Assembly: GCA_965208425.1 (NCBI GenBank) | Contig: OZ242335.1 | Coordinates: forward strand, 84,586-148,585 | Direction: 5' to 3' | Source: Candidatus Poribacteria bacterium | Lineage (GTDB): Bacteria > Poribacteria > WGA-4E > PCPOR2b | Length of the DNA stretch: 64,000 nucleotides | Shown: positions 49,447-59,364 of the stretch, one piece after another | Position numbering within the stretch: the first letter of the stretch is position 1 | Layout of the letters: each line of letters opens with the position of its first letter | Made by a program: the position numbers and the translations under genes | Notes under the pieces: generated by a model | The model's input: the letters and a program-made list of their open reading frames with translations, nothing else | Databases searched by the model: none | Told to the model about the DNA's origin: nothing

Positions 49447-50409
49447 TTATTGCCAGACTATCAGGACCGCAAGTGCTTCACCCGGCGTATTCCACAAGAA
49501 ATCAAACGCCTCCTTCGCCTGTTTGTATGGAAAGCGGTGAGTGATCATCCGATCGGTTTGGATCTTTCCAGTCCGAATCTTCTCCAACGCTCGAAACGCA
49601 GTTTGTGAGAGCGGTTCATCGACAAGGATACCTGCCACAAGTCGCTTACTCATAATTTTCGATGAATGCAACGGCAACGGTTCCCCTTGGTATAATGCGA
49701 TCAGCTGGAGAGTCCCTCCCCTGCGCACCATATCCTGCGCCTGATCAAACGATTTGACACCCGCATGTCCACCGACACAATCAACGACCAGATCTGCACC
49801 TTTCCCATCGGTTAAACGCTGTACCTCTTCGATGGGGTCCGCTTCCGACGCATTAATCACAGCATCCGCTCCCAATTCCTTTGAGATTTGACAGCGCAGC
49901 GACAACCCATCAACTGTGATGATTCTAGCAGGATCATACCCGCGCAGGATCTGCATCATCAAGCTGCCCACAACGCCTTGACCCAAAATAACGATTGTAT
50001 CTCCCGCCTGTGCCCCTGACGACGCCGCCCACGCTGTCGCCTCTGTCGAAAGCAGGAGGAACGTCCCTGCTTCAAAGGAAACATCATCTGGGAGTGAGAC
50101 CAAATGCCCCCGCGTCGAGTCCGCATCGCCAACGACATATTGTGCGTGAGGCGCAGCGACCATCACCCGTTGACCAATCTGATACTCCGTAACATCGGCT
50201 CCGACCTTCTCGACGGTGCCCGTGAGGGAATATCCCATAATCGAATGCGGAAGTGCTTCTTCACTGATATAACGACGAAACAGTTCCGAACCACGACTAA
50301 TCAATGTCCGTTCCGTCCGTACTAAGACTTGACGGCTGTTGATCTCAGGGATAGGTGCATCTTCTAACTGAATATTGCCGAAACCCTCTGGTTTAATTAC
50401 GCGAATCAT
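49447..50409 (-). CDS. Zinc-binding (MDR) dehydrogenase family protein
   Basis: LISRGSE, GYS..G.V..VG, GQGVVG, GADLVVDCVG. Confidence 0.85.
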   Translation of the reverse strand: MIRVIKPEGFGNIQLEDAPIPEINSRQVLVRTERTLISRGSELFRRYISEEALPHSIMGYSLTGTVEKVGADVTEYQIGQRVMVAAPHAQYVVGDADSTRGHLVSLPDDVSFEAGTFLLLSTEATAWAASSGAQAGDTIVILGQGVVGSLMMQILRGYDPARIITVDGLSLRCQISKELGADAVINASEADPIEEVQRLTDGKGADLVVDCVGGHAGVKSFDQAQDMVRRGGTLQLIALYQGEPLPLHSSKIMSKRLVAGILVDEPLSQTAFRALEKIRTGKIQTDRMITHRFPYKQAKEAFDFLWNTPGEALAVLIVWQ

Positions 50410-50424
50410 CGGTGTAGTCTCCTA

Positions 50425-51564
50425 TTATGCGTTACCCAAATTCCGCTTCTCCCAGCCACCTTCTCCGTACATATCCAAGAAGTATGATTCGTCATAGGGA
50501 TATTTTGCCATCTCCGCTTCGTTGAGATCTATCCCCAAACCGGGGCGATCCGGGATGATGACGTTGCCATCTTTGATCTCTATTGGATAATCAACAATCT
50601 TTTCAGCGAAGGGTGTCGCAAAGTCCTCAAAGACCTCTTGAATCATAACATTTGGCGTTGAGGCATCGATATGGAGGCAAGCAGCGGTACAGACAGGACC
50701 TTGTGCGTTGTGGGGTGCGACGGACACATGATAGGCGTGTGCAATAGCGCAGATCTTCTTCATCTCTGTGATGCCGCCGGCGGGGATGGGATCCGGCTGA
50801 ATCACCTGCGCTGCCTTCCGATCCAGCAGTTCCATAAACGCTTCCTTGCCGGATAGCCCTTCGCCGGCGGCGATAGGAAACGGCAGTTTAGAAGCGATGA
50901 AAGCGAGATCGTCGATTTGTGGGGAGCGCACCGGTTCCTCAAACCAGCCCGGATCAAACGCCTCGAGTCTGCGCCCAATCTTGACGCTGAGCAGCGGATC
51001 GAAACGCCCATGCCCTTCAATGAGTAGTTCTACATTGGGACCGACCGCCTCCCGCACTGCTGCAATTATATCGATTGAAAGGTCAATCTCGCTAGGGGCG
51101 ATTCGTCCGTAAGCGTTTCCAAAGGGATCGAATTTAAGTGCAGTATAGCCTTTCTCGACAACCGCTTTGGCTTTCTCGGCAAACGCTTCAGGGATACGGT
51201 CCACCTGATACCAGCCGTTAGCGTAGGCGCGGATGCTATTTCGATATGCCCCACCGATCAGTTGGTAAACCGGTAGCTGAACTGTCTTACCGATGATATC
51301 CCAACACGCCATGTCCACCGCTGCTTTGACATAGAAAGGGGCGCTCCCCTTTGTAAGTTCTTCGTAAATTTCTTCCGTGTTGAAAGGATCGCGACCGAGG
51401 TAATAGCGGCGCATCTCGATGACGGCGGTCTCTGCTGTTTTTGCTTTGCGATGGCTTGTCGCCTCACCGATTCCGTAGACACCATCATCGGTGTGGAGTT
51501 TGATAAACACCCAGTTTTTCCACGGGTTCCCAACGATAAAGGTCTGAACGTCTGTTATTTTCAT
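50425..51564 (-). CDS. Mandelate racemase/galactonate dehydratase (enolase superfamily)
   Basis: G.GEA, D.ACWDI.GK, YANGWY, KFDPFG, E.HGR, WFEEP, AAGE, QPD, PHN. Confidence 0.9.
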   Translation of the reverse strand: MKITDVQTFIVGNPWKNWVFIKLHTDDGVYGIGEATSHRKAKTAETAVIEMRRYYLGRDPFNTEEIYEELTKGSAPFYVKAAVDMACWDIIGKTVQLPVYQLIGGAYRNSIRAYANGWYQVDRIPEAFAEKAKAVVEKGYTALKFDPFGNAYGRIAPSEIDLSIDIIAAVREAVGPNVELLIEGHGRFDPLLSVKIGRRLEAFDPGWFEEPVRSPQIDDLAFIASKLPFPIAAGEGLSGKEAFMELLDRKAAQVIQPDPIPAGGITEMKKICAIAHAYHVSVAPHNAQGPVCTAACLHIDASTPNVMIQEVFEDFATPFAEKIVDYPIEIKDGNVIIPDRPGLGIDLNEAEMAKYPYDESYFLDMYGEGGWEKRNLGNA

Positions 51565-51633
51565 GGATTAATGGCCTAGATATAAAGCATTTTTACCGCA
51601 ATGCGTGCACTGCAAAATAGAGCAAGACTTTAA

Positions 51634-52085
51634 CGAAAACTCCTTTAGGTCTAAATCCCAATCCTTTAGGTTTGGAGCAGTTGGGGCGCAGCCTATACAG
51701 ATTGCTTTAGCATTTTTTCTCTTGGTGTTTCAGTCAAAATATGCTATACTTATTTTTGCCAATTCGGGATAGAATATGACCCTCGGCAACCTCGTCGAGG
51801 TTCTATCCCACCACCGTCATAGTGGTAACAGATTGGTGAATAGGCGACACCTTTTAGAAAAATCAGTGACCGGGAGGATCGACACGACCTATAGGGGATT
51901 CGTGTCGCCCTGACCTATCGTCGCCACAAAGTATCAGGGTGGCTTGGTGGGTGTGTTCCCCACCTTGTTCCCACCCTGTAGTTGGGGCCCATGGCGTCCC
52001 CCCGTTAGGGTGAGACTCCCTAGCTGTGAGTTCGGCTTGCATAGCGTTCAAGAATCCCAATGCTTTAGCTTTGGGAGTACGTCAA
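51634..52085 (+). mobile_element. Non-autonomous IS200/IS605 derivative with a long structured interior
   Basis: TTAA|CGAAAACTCCTTTAGGTCT-AAAT plus hairpin; right end AAGAATCCCAATGCTTTAGCTTTGGGAGTACGTCAA. Confidence 0.75.
51758..51837 (+). ncRNA. Pseudoknotted IS605 leader RNA motif, copy 5
   Basis: Stems CCAAT/ATTGG, GGGATAGA/TCTATCCC, CCTCGGC/GTCGAGG, ACCAC/GTGGT; pseudoknot TATGAC/GTCATA. Confidence 0.6.
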
Positions 52086-52141
52086 TGCGTACAAGTAACA
52101 GCATCGGTAGGATTCATATTAGCAACTTGCGTGATTCTAAC

Positions 52142-52392
52142 TATAGTGGATCTTAGAATTAATGGGACACTCCAAATCCCGATGCTGTTCCCCCGATAAA
52201 TCGGGATTAAGAAACGAGCATTCCGATATATCGGAACTTGTCGAGGATGCCGATGAATCGGCACCGGTGCGGTCCGATAAATCGTGACCAGGGTTGGAAA
52301 CCGCACCTACCGGGTTAGACTGCATTCGGTGCGGTTTTCAACCGCACCTACCGGGGTACGAAAGTGTCTATTTATCTTTTGAATCCACCATA
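52142..52392. repeat. MITE family B with several inserted palindromes
   Basis: TATAGTGGATCTTAGAATTAATGGGAC...GAATCCACCATA. Confidence 0.65.
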
Positions 52393-52412
52393 AAAAGGCA
52401 AGGAAAAAGGGG

Positions 52413-52898
52413 TTAGTCAACGCGAAGTTGCCGCTCCACGTCGTTGACGATGATTTTATAATCGCCCGACGGCAATGCGCCAATGGCAACTGTTTCTTGA
52501 TAAGAACGTGCAATATCTGGATAGAACACTCCTTCTCTTCTCGTCGTTAGGGTTGTCATCTTTATAGTGATGGTACTTCCTTCCCGAGTTTGATGGGTTT
52601 CATGAAAAACCGTCGCAACATCGCCGCACCAACTGACCAAAATGGAGATTTGCTTCGGAGGACTCGCTGCACTCTGCACATCTATGCGATCGACAGGCAG
52701 GTCTGCAATAGACCGCTCTATGATCCGACCTGGTGCTATGATCTGACTTGGTGATAGACCTAAGGCGTTGGGCTCCATATTTCTCAATACCGAGCATGTT
52801 CCATATAGAACACTCATGATTAACAGTAACGATGCGATACAATAAAAAACGGAGGGGCGTGATAAATTGCCCGATAGTGATTTCTGCTTGTGATTCAT
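52413..52898 (-). CDS. Hypothetical membrane-anchored protein
   Basis: AAGG RBS, N-terminal transmembrane helix, Ig-like beta-rich C-terminus (L.SGDYKIIVN). Confidence 0.6.
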   Translation of the reverse strand: MNHKQKSLSGNLSRPSVFYCIASLLLIMSVLYGTCSVLRNMEPNALGLSPSQIIAPGRIIERSIADLPVDRIDVQSAASPPKQISILVSWCGDVATVFHETHQTREGSTITIKMTTLTTRREGVFYPDIARSYQETVAIGALPSGDYKIIVNDVERQLRVD

Positions 52899-53067
52899 AA
52901 TTTACCTTATCTAGATCGTTAGCGAGTCGTGTCGCGGGGTAGGGGTTGGGTTTCCCAATCCGTCGGGCGAGGAGACCTCCCCCCTGCGAAACCAAGTCTC
53001 TTGATAAATCGGAACCTGTCGGAATTGAAAACAGTGCCTACCAAACATGGGGAGCGAAAGTGTGTAT

Positions 53068-53268
53068 TTATTTTTTGAATTCACTATAATTGCGGCTGCT
53101 GTCTCCTCCCGGAAACGATTCGTTTGAAAACAGACGTTGATTCCCGTCCGTGGTCTGTGCCTTAACCCACAAGGATACAGTAAACTCGTCGCAGGCGTTA
53201 TATTTCTGTGGATTTGGGATCGTTACGTTATTCCGTTTGCCATTATCTGTCTCAGCAGCTGTTTTCAC
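53068..53268 (-). pseudogene. LamG/concanavalin-like domain fragment truncated by a family-B repeat
   Basis: VTIP......DEFTVSLWVKA......RLFS motif; the ORF runs into the repeat end at about 53088. Confidence 0.4.
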
Positions 53269-53310
53269 CCTATATTCAAATGACTCTTGCGTAAGTCCTA
53301 ATATTGCTGT

Positions 53311-54648
53311 TTATCCGAGTGGATCAATCCCTCGGTATGATTGGTCGAGAAGTTCGATTGGGTGCATCACCTTCATGGGCAATTTATTCGCCTTAACGCC
53401 GAGTTGGATTTGTAGAATACAGCCCGGATTCCCTGTCGCAACGATCTCGGCATCTGTCTCGGCGATGTGCTTTATCTTACGCTCCAGAATTTCACGTGAC
53501 ATCTCCGGTTGCGTAATATTGTAGATACCAGCACTGCCGCAGCACCATTCCGATTCGGTCAACTCGATAAGTTCCAACCCCGGAATTGATTGGAGGACTG
53601 TGCGGGGCTGCAATTGGACCTTTTGTCCGTGGACGAGGTGGCACGGTTCATCATACGTCACGCGCCGCTTAATCTCCCCTTCGGGCGGTGTCATTTCAAT
53701 CTCTGCGAGAAACTCGCTGATGTCTCGCATCTTGCTGCTAAACACTTTTGCCCTTTCGGAATAGTCCGGATCATGTTCCATCAAGGCTTCGTACTCTTTT
53801 AAGGTCGCACCGCAGCCTGCGGAGTTAATAATGATCGCGTCCACCTCTGCGGCTTCAAAGACATCGATATTCTGCCGAGCAAGTTCTAATGCTGTGTCTC
53901 GAACACCGTTATGGACATGCAACGCTCCGCAGCACATCTGCTGTGCCGGTGTAATTACGTCACAGCCGTTCTCCGCCAAGACGCGAATTGTTGCCAAGTT
54001 GGTCTCGGTGAACACCTGATTCATCACACAGCCAGAGATAAATCCGACCCGATGCTTCGCCTCTCCTTTGGCAGGGGTAAATTCCCGCAGATTATCCTTG
54101 AGGGACGGGTTGGGAATGTCGGGCAGCAATGATTCCATCTCTCCTAGCTTTCCCATCAGTTTGAGAATTCCAAGTTTTTGCACCAGCCAGCGAATCCCAA
54201 GGCGTTGATACAGCCACATCATTTCAAAGATGAAGTCTAAGCGTTCCTTGTTGGGCAAAAGTTCCTTGAATGCCAAACGTCTCCAAAACCGCTGCTCGGT
54301 TGGACGTTCAGCATTCATCTCATAAATCGCACGGGCTTCTTCGATTACCTCACCAAAATGTACGCCGGAGGGACATGCAGTTTCACAGGCACGGCAATCC
54401 AGACAACGGTAGATATATTTTACCCAGTCGTCGTTGATCGGCATCGGGTTTTGATCCCTGAATGCCGCTCCCATCAGATATAGCCTTCCGCGCGGTGAGT
54501 CGGTTTCCAATCCCAACTCACGGTAGGTCGGACAGGTTGGCAGACAAAGCCCACAATGGGTACAAGCATCCCATTTCTTCCAACTAAAAAGTTCGGATCC
54601 GATAAGGGGTTCTGTCTGTGACCTTGGTCGAGTTTGTGGCTGTTGCAT
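53311..54648 (-). CDS. glcF: Glycolate oxidase Fe-S subunit (GlcF-like)
   Basis: CTHCGLCLPTCPTY, SPRGR, CLDCRACETACPSGV, two CCG domains. Confidence 0.88.
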   Translation of the reverse strand: MQQPQTRPRSQTEPLIGSELFSWKKWDACTHCGLCLPTCPTYRELGLETDSPRGRLYLMGAAFRDQNPMPINDDWVKYIYRCLDCRACETACPSGVHFGEVIEEARAIYEMNAERPTEQRFWRRLAFKELLPNKERLDFIFEMMWLYQRLGIRWLVQKLGILKLMGKLGEMESLLPDIPNPSLKDNLREFTPAKGEAKHRVGFISGCVMNQVFTETNLATIRVLAENGCDVITPAQQMCCGALHVHNGVRDTALELARQNIDVFEAAEVDAIIINSAGCGATLKEYEALMEHDPDYSERAKVFSSKMRDISEFLAEIEMTPPEGEIKRRVTYDEPCHLVHGQKVQLQPRTVLQSIPGLELIELTESEWCCGSAGIYNITQPEMSREILERKIKHIAETDAEIVATGNPGCILQIQLGVKANKLPMKVMHPIELLDQSYRGIDPLG

Positions 54649-55194
54649 TTTTTATACGCTTCTTATTCTTTCGCTTCAGCAGCGGATTATGGCAGATTTT
54701 AGAATTACTTGAGGGGTGTGTATAGGTAGATATCTTGGTCATAATTGCATAATTTGAGTAGATTATCCTATTAGCTGGTATATACGTTGCGCTCCGCCCC
54801 GATAACATCGGGATTCAAAGCAACTGGAGCGAAGATATCCGTTAGGTCGTTGGGATTTTTGTATATTTGGTTTGTGGAAGCAACGCCAGCGGGGTGGCTG
54901 CTTTGTTTGCTTATCGGCGTTTTCTGTGTCATCTGCTGAATCCGTGATTCAGACAATCATCTTACCAATGTTGTGTATAGGAATCGGTGATAAAACGGTG
55001 TATCAGCTAATGGTGCTAGCTTGCAACTCACAGCGGTCTCCGGTCAAAGACCGAATGTGAAACGTTATACAGAGGTTCGCTATAGGTGCACTGGTAGGTT
55101 AATAAACTCTTGAACAAAGTGTAGAGGTGGGGCATATTCTTGCGGATTGCAGATTTTCGGTTAATTCACGGGAAGTTGTGGGCTACCGCACCTT

Positions 55195-56046
55195 CTAATG
55201 GGCAGTCAATTTTGAGACATTCAGCAAGCCTTCATTCAAACTTCCAGATCTATATCCCTGCAAATCAAGAGCAACATGCTCGTATCCGAGCGATTTGAAT
55301 CTTTCGTTAATCTGGGTGCGGATGGACTTGGCAGCGACGAACTCAATCTCCTGCGGATCTACCTCGATACGCGCGAGTGTATCATGATGACGTACACGGA
55401 ATTGGCGAATCCCCAGATCGAACAAAAACTGCTCCGCCCGGTCAACGAGGCGCAGGTTTTCACGGGTAATCCGTGTGCCGTAGGGAAAACGGGAGGAGAG
55501 ACAAGCAAAGGCTGGTTTGTCCCATGTCGGCAGTCTCCAACGTTTTGAAACTTCACGAATCTCCGCTTTCGTGAGATTCACATCAATGAGCGGTGCCTGA
55601 ATACCCATCTGTTTGGCGGCATCCATGCCGGGACGGTGATCACCAACATCGTCAGGGATTGCGCCGTAAACGGTCGTGCCAATCTTATACTGTTCAGCAA
55701 TCGGGCGAATCTGTTCAAAGAGTTCCGTTTTGCAGAAATAGCAGCGATTGGTTGGGTTGCTTGCATATCCCTCGGTTTCCAATTCGTCGGTATTTATTGT
55801 TTCATAACGGATGCGAATCTGCTTGGCGATGTCTTGCGCTGCTTTCATTTCGCGTTCCGGGTAGGAGTCAGAAACCGCTGTCACAGCAAGGGCGCTGTTC
55901 CCCAGTGCCCGCTTTGCAGCTTCAGCCAGAAAGGTGCTATCGACTCCGCCAGAGAATGCGACGATAACTTTTCCGTAGGATTTTAATAGTCGATCGAGCT
56001 GATCTAGCTTCTGATCAATATCTGGATATTGTTCTGTTTCCGACAT
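55195..56046 (-). CDS. larE: ATP-dependent sulfur transferase LarE family
   Basis: AFSGGVDS, RCYFCK, D.RPG..A, CLSSR.PYG, RVRHH, GYRSGSLN. Confidence 0.9.
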   Translation of the reverse strand: MSETEQYPDIDQKLDQLDRLLKSYGKVIVAFSGGVDSTFLAEAAKRALGNSALAVTAVSDSYPEREMKAAQDIAKQIRIRYETINTDELETEGYASNPTNRCYFCKTELFEQIRPIAEQYKIGTTVYGAIPDDVGDHRPGMDAAKQMGIQAPLIDVNLTKAEIREVSKRWRLPTWDKPAFACLSSRFPYGTRITRENLRLVDRAEQFLFDLGIRQFRVRHHDTLARIEVDPQEIEFVAAKSIRTQINERFKSLGYEHVALDLQGYRSGSLNEGLLNVSKLTAH

Positions 56047-56073
56047 CTGTCTGACCTTTCTAATTTTTATTTT

Positions 56074-56245
56074 GGCTCATGTAAAAAGAGAGTGCAAAGC
56101 ACGAAGTGAAGGCCCCCTTTGTACCCCCCTTAATCCCCCCGCCCCGATAAATCGGGATTAAGAAACAAGCAGGGGGAGAGTAACCCCTGATAAATCGGGA
56201 TGCAAGTGCTTGTGGCTTTGGTTGCACTAATTCTTAACATGAGCG
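56074..56245. mobile_element. MITE family A inserted in the last codons of def
   Basis: 8-bp duplication TTTATTTT; nearly identical to 11893-12064. Confidence 0.85.
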
Positions 56246-56857
56246 TTTATTTTTTTCCTGTTGCGATTGCTGTAGTTTTCTTAGTTTTCCACGGAGGAGT
56301 TGCCGCCTCAAACCGCTGATGTGATCGATGAACAAGATACCATCAAGATGATCTATTTCATGCTGTAGGGCGCGAGCAAGTAAGTCTTCCCCTTCGATCT
56401 GAATTGGTTTACCATCAATATCTTGCGCTGTCACGACTGCCTTTGCCGCCCGCCTGATGTCGGCAGTAATACCGGGGAAACTCAAACATCCCTCTTCCTC
56501 AATGGTCTCACCCTCTAGACTATGAATTTTGGGATTAAACAACACCCATGGAGTCCCTTCTGGATCGTTTCGGTTCAGATCAATCACAATTAGTCGCTTC
56601 AAAATCCCAACCTGCGGTGCCGCCAACCCTACGCCAATCGGTGAAGTGTACATCGTGGTTAGCATATCCTCGGCGAGTTTCCGCTCAACATCTGTGATTT
56701 CCTGAACGGGAAGCGCTCTTTCTCGAAGTACCGGGTCGCTATAGAGCCGAATACGGAAAGGACCCACGGCGCAGTCATGATGCTGCTTATCCATCGTTAA
56801 GGACCTAGCAACCTTTGGCACTGATGCGGTCCGTTTTCTGCGCTTACGTCTTGCCAT
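56234..56857 (-). CDS. def: Peptide deformylase
   Basis: GVGLAAPQVG, EGCLS, QHEIDHLDG. Confidence 0.95.
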   Translation of the reverse strand: MARRKRRKRTASVPKVARSLTMDKQHHDCAVGPFRIRLYSDPVLRERALPVQEITDVERKLAEDMLTTMYTSPIGVGLAAPQVGILKRLIVIDLNRNDPEGTPWVLFNPKIHSLEGETIEEEGCLSFPGITADIRRAAKAVVTAQDIDGKPIQIEGEDLLARALQHEIDHLDGILFIDHISGLRRQLLRGKLRKLQQSQQEKNKRSC

Positions 56858-56982
56858 TTCCGACTAGAGGTCCCTCCCGTCTCAATCAAATTATAATCAT
56901 ATCACCCAGAAAGAGGTTGGTCAAGCAAAAACCAAAGATATAGAGGTGTGGGGATACCATCGGACTGCCAGTAAAGTCAGTT

Positions 56983-57936
56983 TTAACCCTGCTTAACCAA
57001 TTTCTGGAGTGAGCGAAGTTCTCTGGGCGGATCCATCTGGCTACCATAATCGCTCCAGGAGACTTCGGCGACATAGATATTCCCCTTAGAATCAACGGCG
57101 ATTCCGTGCGGTGAGTAGAATCGTCCGGGCTCATCTCCATAGGATTGGTCGCTCAGTTGTGCCAATACATTCCCCTTCGTGTCCATAATGCTCACTCGTG
57201 GACCCAATTGTGTGCCCATTTTATTCGACGCGATACCCCCAAAATACTCACCCACATACACCAACGGTTCATCGCTAGTATCCAAACAGATACAAGCAGC
57301 CCTAGACAAGTTCAACCACTGTGTTTCATACTTGCCTTCAGGAGAGAATACCTGTACCCGATGGTTCTCACGGTCAGCGATGTATACCCACCCATCTTTA
57401 TCAGTTGTGATGTTGTGGACAATGTTGAACTGTCCCTCACCCGTGCCTGATTCTCCCCAGGAAGACAGATGTCGTCCATCAGGACTAAATCTATGAACCC
57501 GTGCGTTGGCATATCCATCAGCTACATACAGGTCACCGTTACGCGGATCTATTGCCAAATGCGTTGGAAGGTTGAAGGGTTCACCACTCATTGGGGAGGA
57601 AGGTTGATTGGGTTGACCGAGGGTCATCAAGAGTTTTCCATCGGGGGTGAACTGACGAACGGTGTGATCCCCGTTATCAACGCAGTAGACCGAACCGTCA
57701 GGACCAATGGTTACGCCGTGTGGATTACCGAAAATGCCATCTCCCCATGTCCGAAGCACATCGCCGTCCGAATTGAAAATAACCATCGGATGTGTCCCAC
57801 GATTAAAGACGTAAACATTATCATCTGCATCAACAGCGACAGCAGTGGCTTCTTTGTAAGTCCAGTCTTCGGGTATGTTGCCCCAATCTTCGCCCGATAC
57901 TTGATATGTGAAATCTCCAGTACCTAAAGTAACCAT
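56983..57936 (-). CDS. NHL-repeat protein (PAL-like six-bladed propeller)
   Basis: PHG....DG.VY..D.G.H.V, YVADGY.NARV, ADRENHRVQVF, PHGIAVDS.G.IYV.EV. Confidence 0.87.
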   Translation of the reverse strand: MVTLGTGDFTYQVSGEDWGNIPEDWTYKEATAVAVDADDNVYVFNRGTHPMVIFNSDGDVLRTWGDGIFGNPHGVTIGPDGSVYCVDNGDHTVRQFTPDGKLLMTLGQPNQPSSPMSGEPFNLPTHLAIDPRNGDLYVADGYANARVHRFSPDGRHLSSWGESGTGEGQFNIVHNITTDKDGWVYIADRENHRVQVFSPEGKYETQWLNLSRAACICLDTSDEPLVYVGEYFGGIASNKMGTQLGPRVSIMDTKGNVLAQLSDQSYGDEPGRFYSPHGIAVDSKGNIYVAEVSWSDYGSQMDPPRELRSLQKLVKQG

Positions 57937-57949
57937 TTTTCCCTCCATA

Positions 57950-58097
57950 TATGGTGGATTCTAAAAACAGATGGACCCCCGGCAGGTGCCGTGGTGGGTT
58001 GAAACGGCTTGTCCCGATTCTCGGGATCTCGATAAATCGGGATTAGAAACAGCGCCTACCAATTTGGAGTGTCTCATTAATTCTAAAATCTACCATA
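57950..58097. repeat. MITE family B (inverted)
   Basis: Shares its internal palindrome stack with 42130-42247. Confidence 0.65.
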
Positions 58098-58313
58098 GTA
58101 TAAAAATTCAAGCTGCTATTTATTAAAATTCTGTTTAGATCGCAATTATTAGATTCATCAGCCCAATGAACTAATGTACCAATTGGTTTGATTATAACAC
58201 ACCTATCGCAACGATGTGAAGATCAAAATAGCAGTTGATGAGCATTGACAGGGGAGTTTGGATATGCTACCATGCGCGTTAAATCTTCGTCAGTGAAACT
58301 ATGGACTCTGCCA

Positions 58314-59357
58314 ATGCAAGTTGCTTTAAATTCCGATTTTATCTGGGCACTATTTTTGGGTGCGGCTATCAACGGTGCTCTTGCCTTTTGGGTATACAAT
58401 GATAGTAAATTGCAGGAGCGATCTGGGTTCTGGGCTTTAGGCACCTTTTTCCTTCCGCAGGCGTTCTTTCCACTTTACTTTTGGAATCAGGTGCCCGAGC
58501 TCATTTGGACCTGCCCTAAATGCCAACGGGATAATCGGGCATGGTCGCGCAAATGTGGACGCTGCAATCAGTTTTACACAGCGGAGGAAACAGTTGCAAG
58601 GCTGCACGGTTATTTCAATCCATCAGACCCGGTGGTCATTATTTTAATAACCTTTCTATTTCAAGAAGTCGCGCGTGGTATCGCAATTTTGATGACGGAA
58701 GGATTTGAGGTGCTGACGGAAACAGACGCCGTATATACGCTCCCAGCTTCCTACTTCTGGATTGTTAAGCTAGTCATCGGTAATGTGCTGATTTGGCTAT
58801 CTCTTTTCTGCATCACTGGGCGCTATCGCAGGAATATAAGGTCTATTGGCTTACGATACAACGGCAACATTACCGACTTTGGACTGCCACTCTTGCTCGC
58901 GCCCGCTTTAGCTTTTGTTTCGGTAGGTTTCATGCAAGGGATAAGTTGGTTCAGCCAAGAAATACCCCTAGAAGGGTTAAGCAACTTGGCTCAATGGGAG
59001 CAGCAGCAATGGTCGAACCGTATGCCAGAAAACCTCGGAGATGGCACAGTAATCCTACTCGGTTTTGTGATGTTAATTCTGCTACCGGTGGGGGAAGAGA
59101 TTCTCTTTCGGGGGATTGCGTATATAGGTTTCGCTGGTCGGTTTGGTCAGACTAAAGGAATGGTACTCAGTGCGCTGCTTTTTGCGGTACTCCACGGATA
59201 CATCCGTTCTTTCATGCCGCTAGTTTTGGGAGGAATTCCAATATTTCTCATGGGACTTGCCCTTGCCTGGCTGTTCATTCGTACGAAATCGCTAGTTCCG
59301 TGCATACTCACGCACAGTTTGGTAAACTTGATTTTAATTCTGGTTTACTGGATGTAA
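58314..59357 (+). CDS. CPBP (Abi/CAAX) intramembrane metalloprotease with a zinc ribbon
   Basis: CPKC..CGRC; EEILFRG, FAVLH, H...N; promoter TTGACA-N17-TACCAT at 58245. Confidence 0.85.
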   Translation: MQVALNSDFIWALFLGAAINGALAFWVYNDSKLQERSGFWALGTFFLPQAFFPLYFWNQVPELIWTCPKCQRDNRAWSRKCGRCNQFYTAEETVARLHGYFNPSDPVVIILITFLFQEVARGIAILMTEGFEVLTETDAVYTLPASYFWIVKLVIGNVLIWLSLFCITGRYRRNIRSIGLRYNGNITDFGLPLLLAPALAFVSVGFMQGISWFSQEIPLEGLSNLAQWEQQQWSNRMPENLGDGTVILLGFVMLILLPVGEEILFRGIAYIGFAGRFGQTKGMVLSALLFAVLHGYIRSFMPLVLGGIPIFLMGLALAWLFIRTKSLVPCILTHSLVNLILILVYWM

Positions 59358-59364
59358 GGGTTAA

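Noticed and set aside
53022-53034. GGAATTGAAAAC resembling an orphan CRISPR repeat
   Set aside because: It is a variant of the family-B motif GGATTGGAAACAGTGCCTACC.
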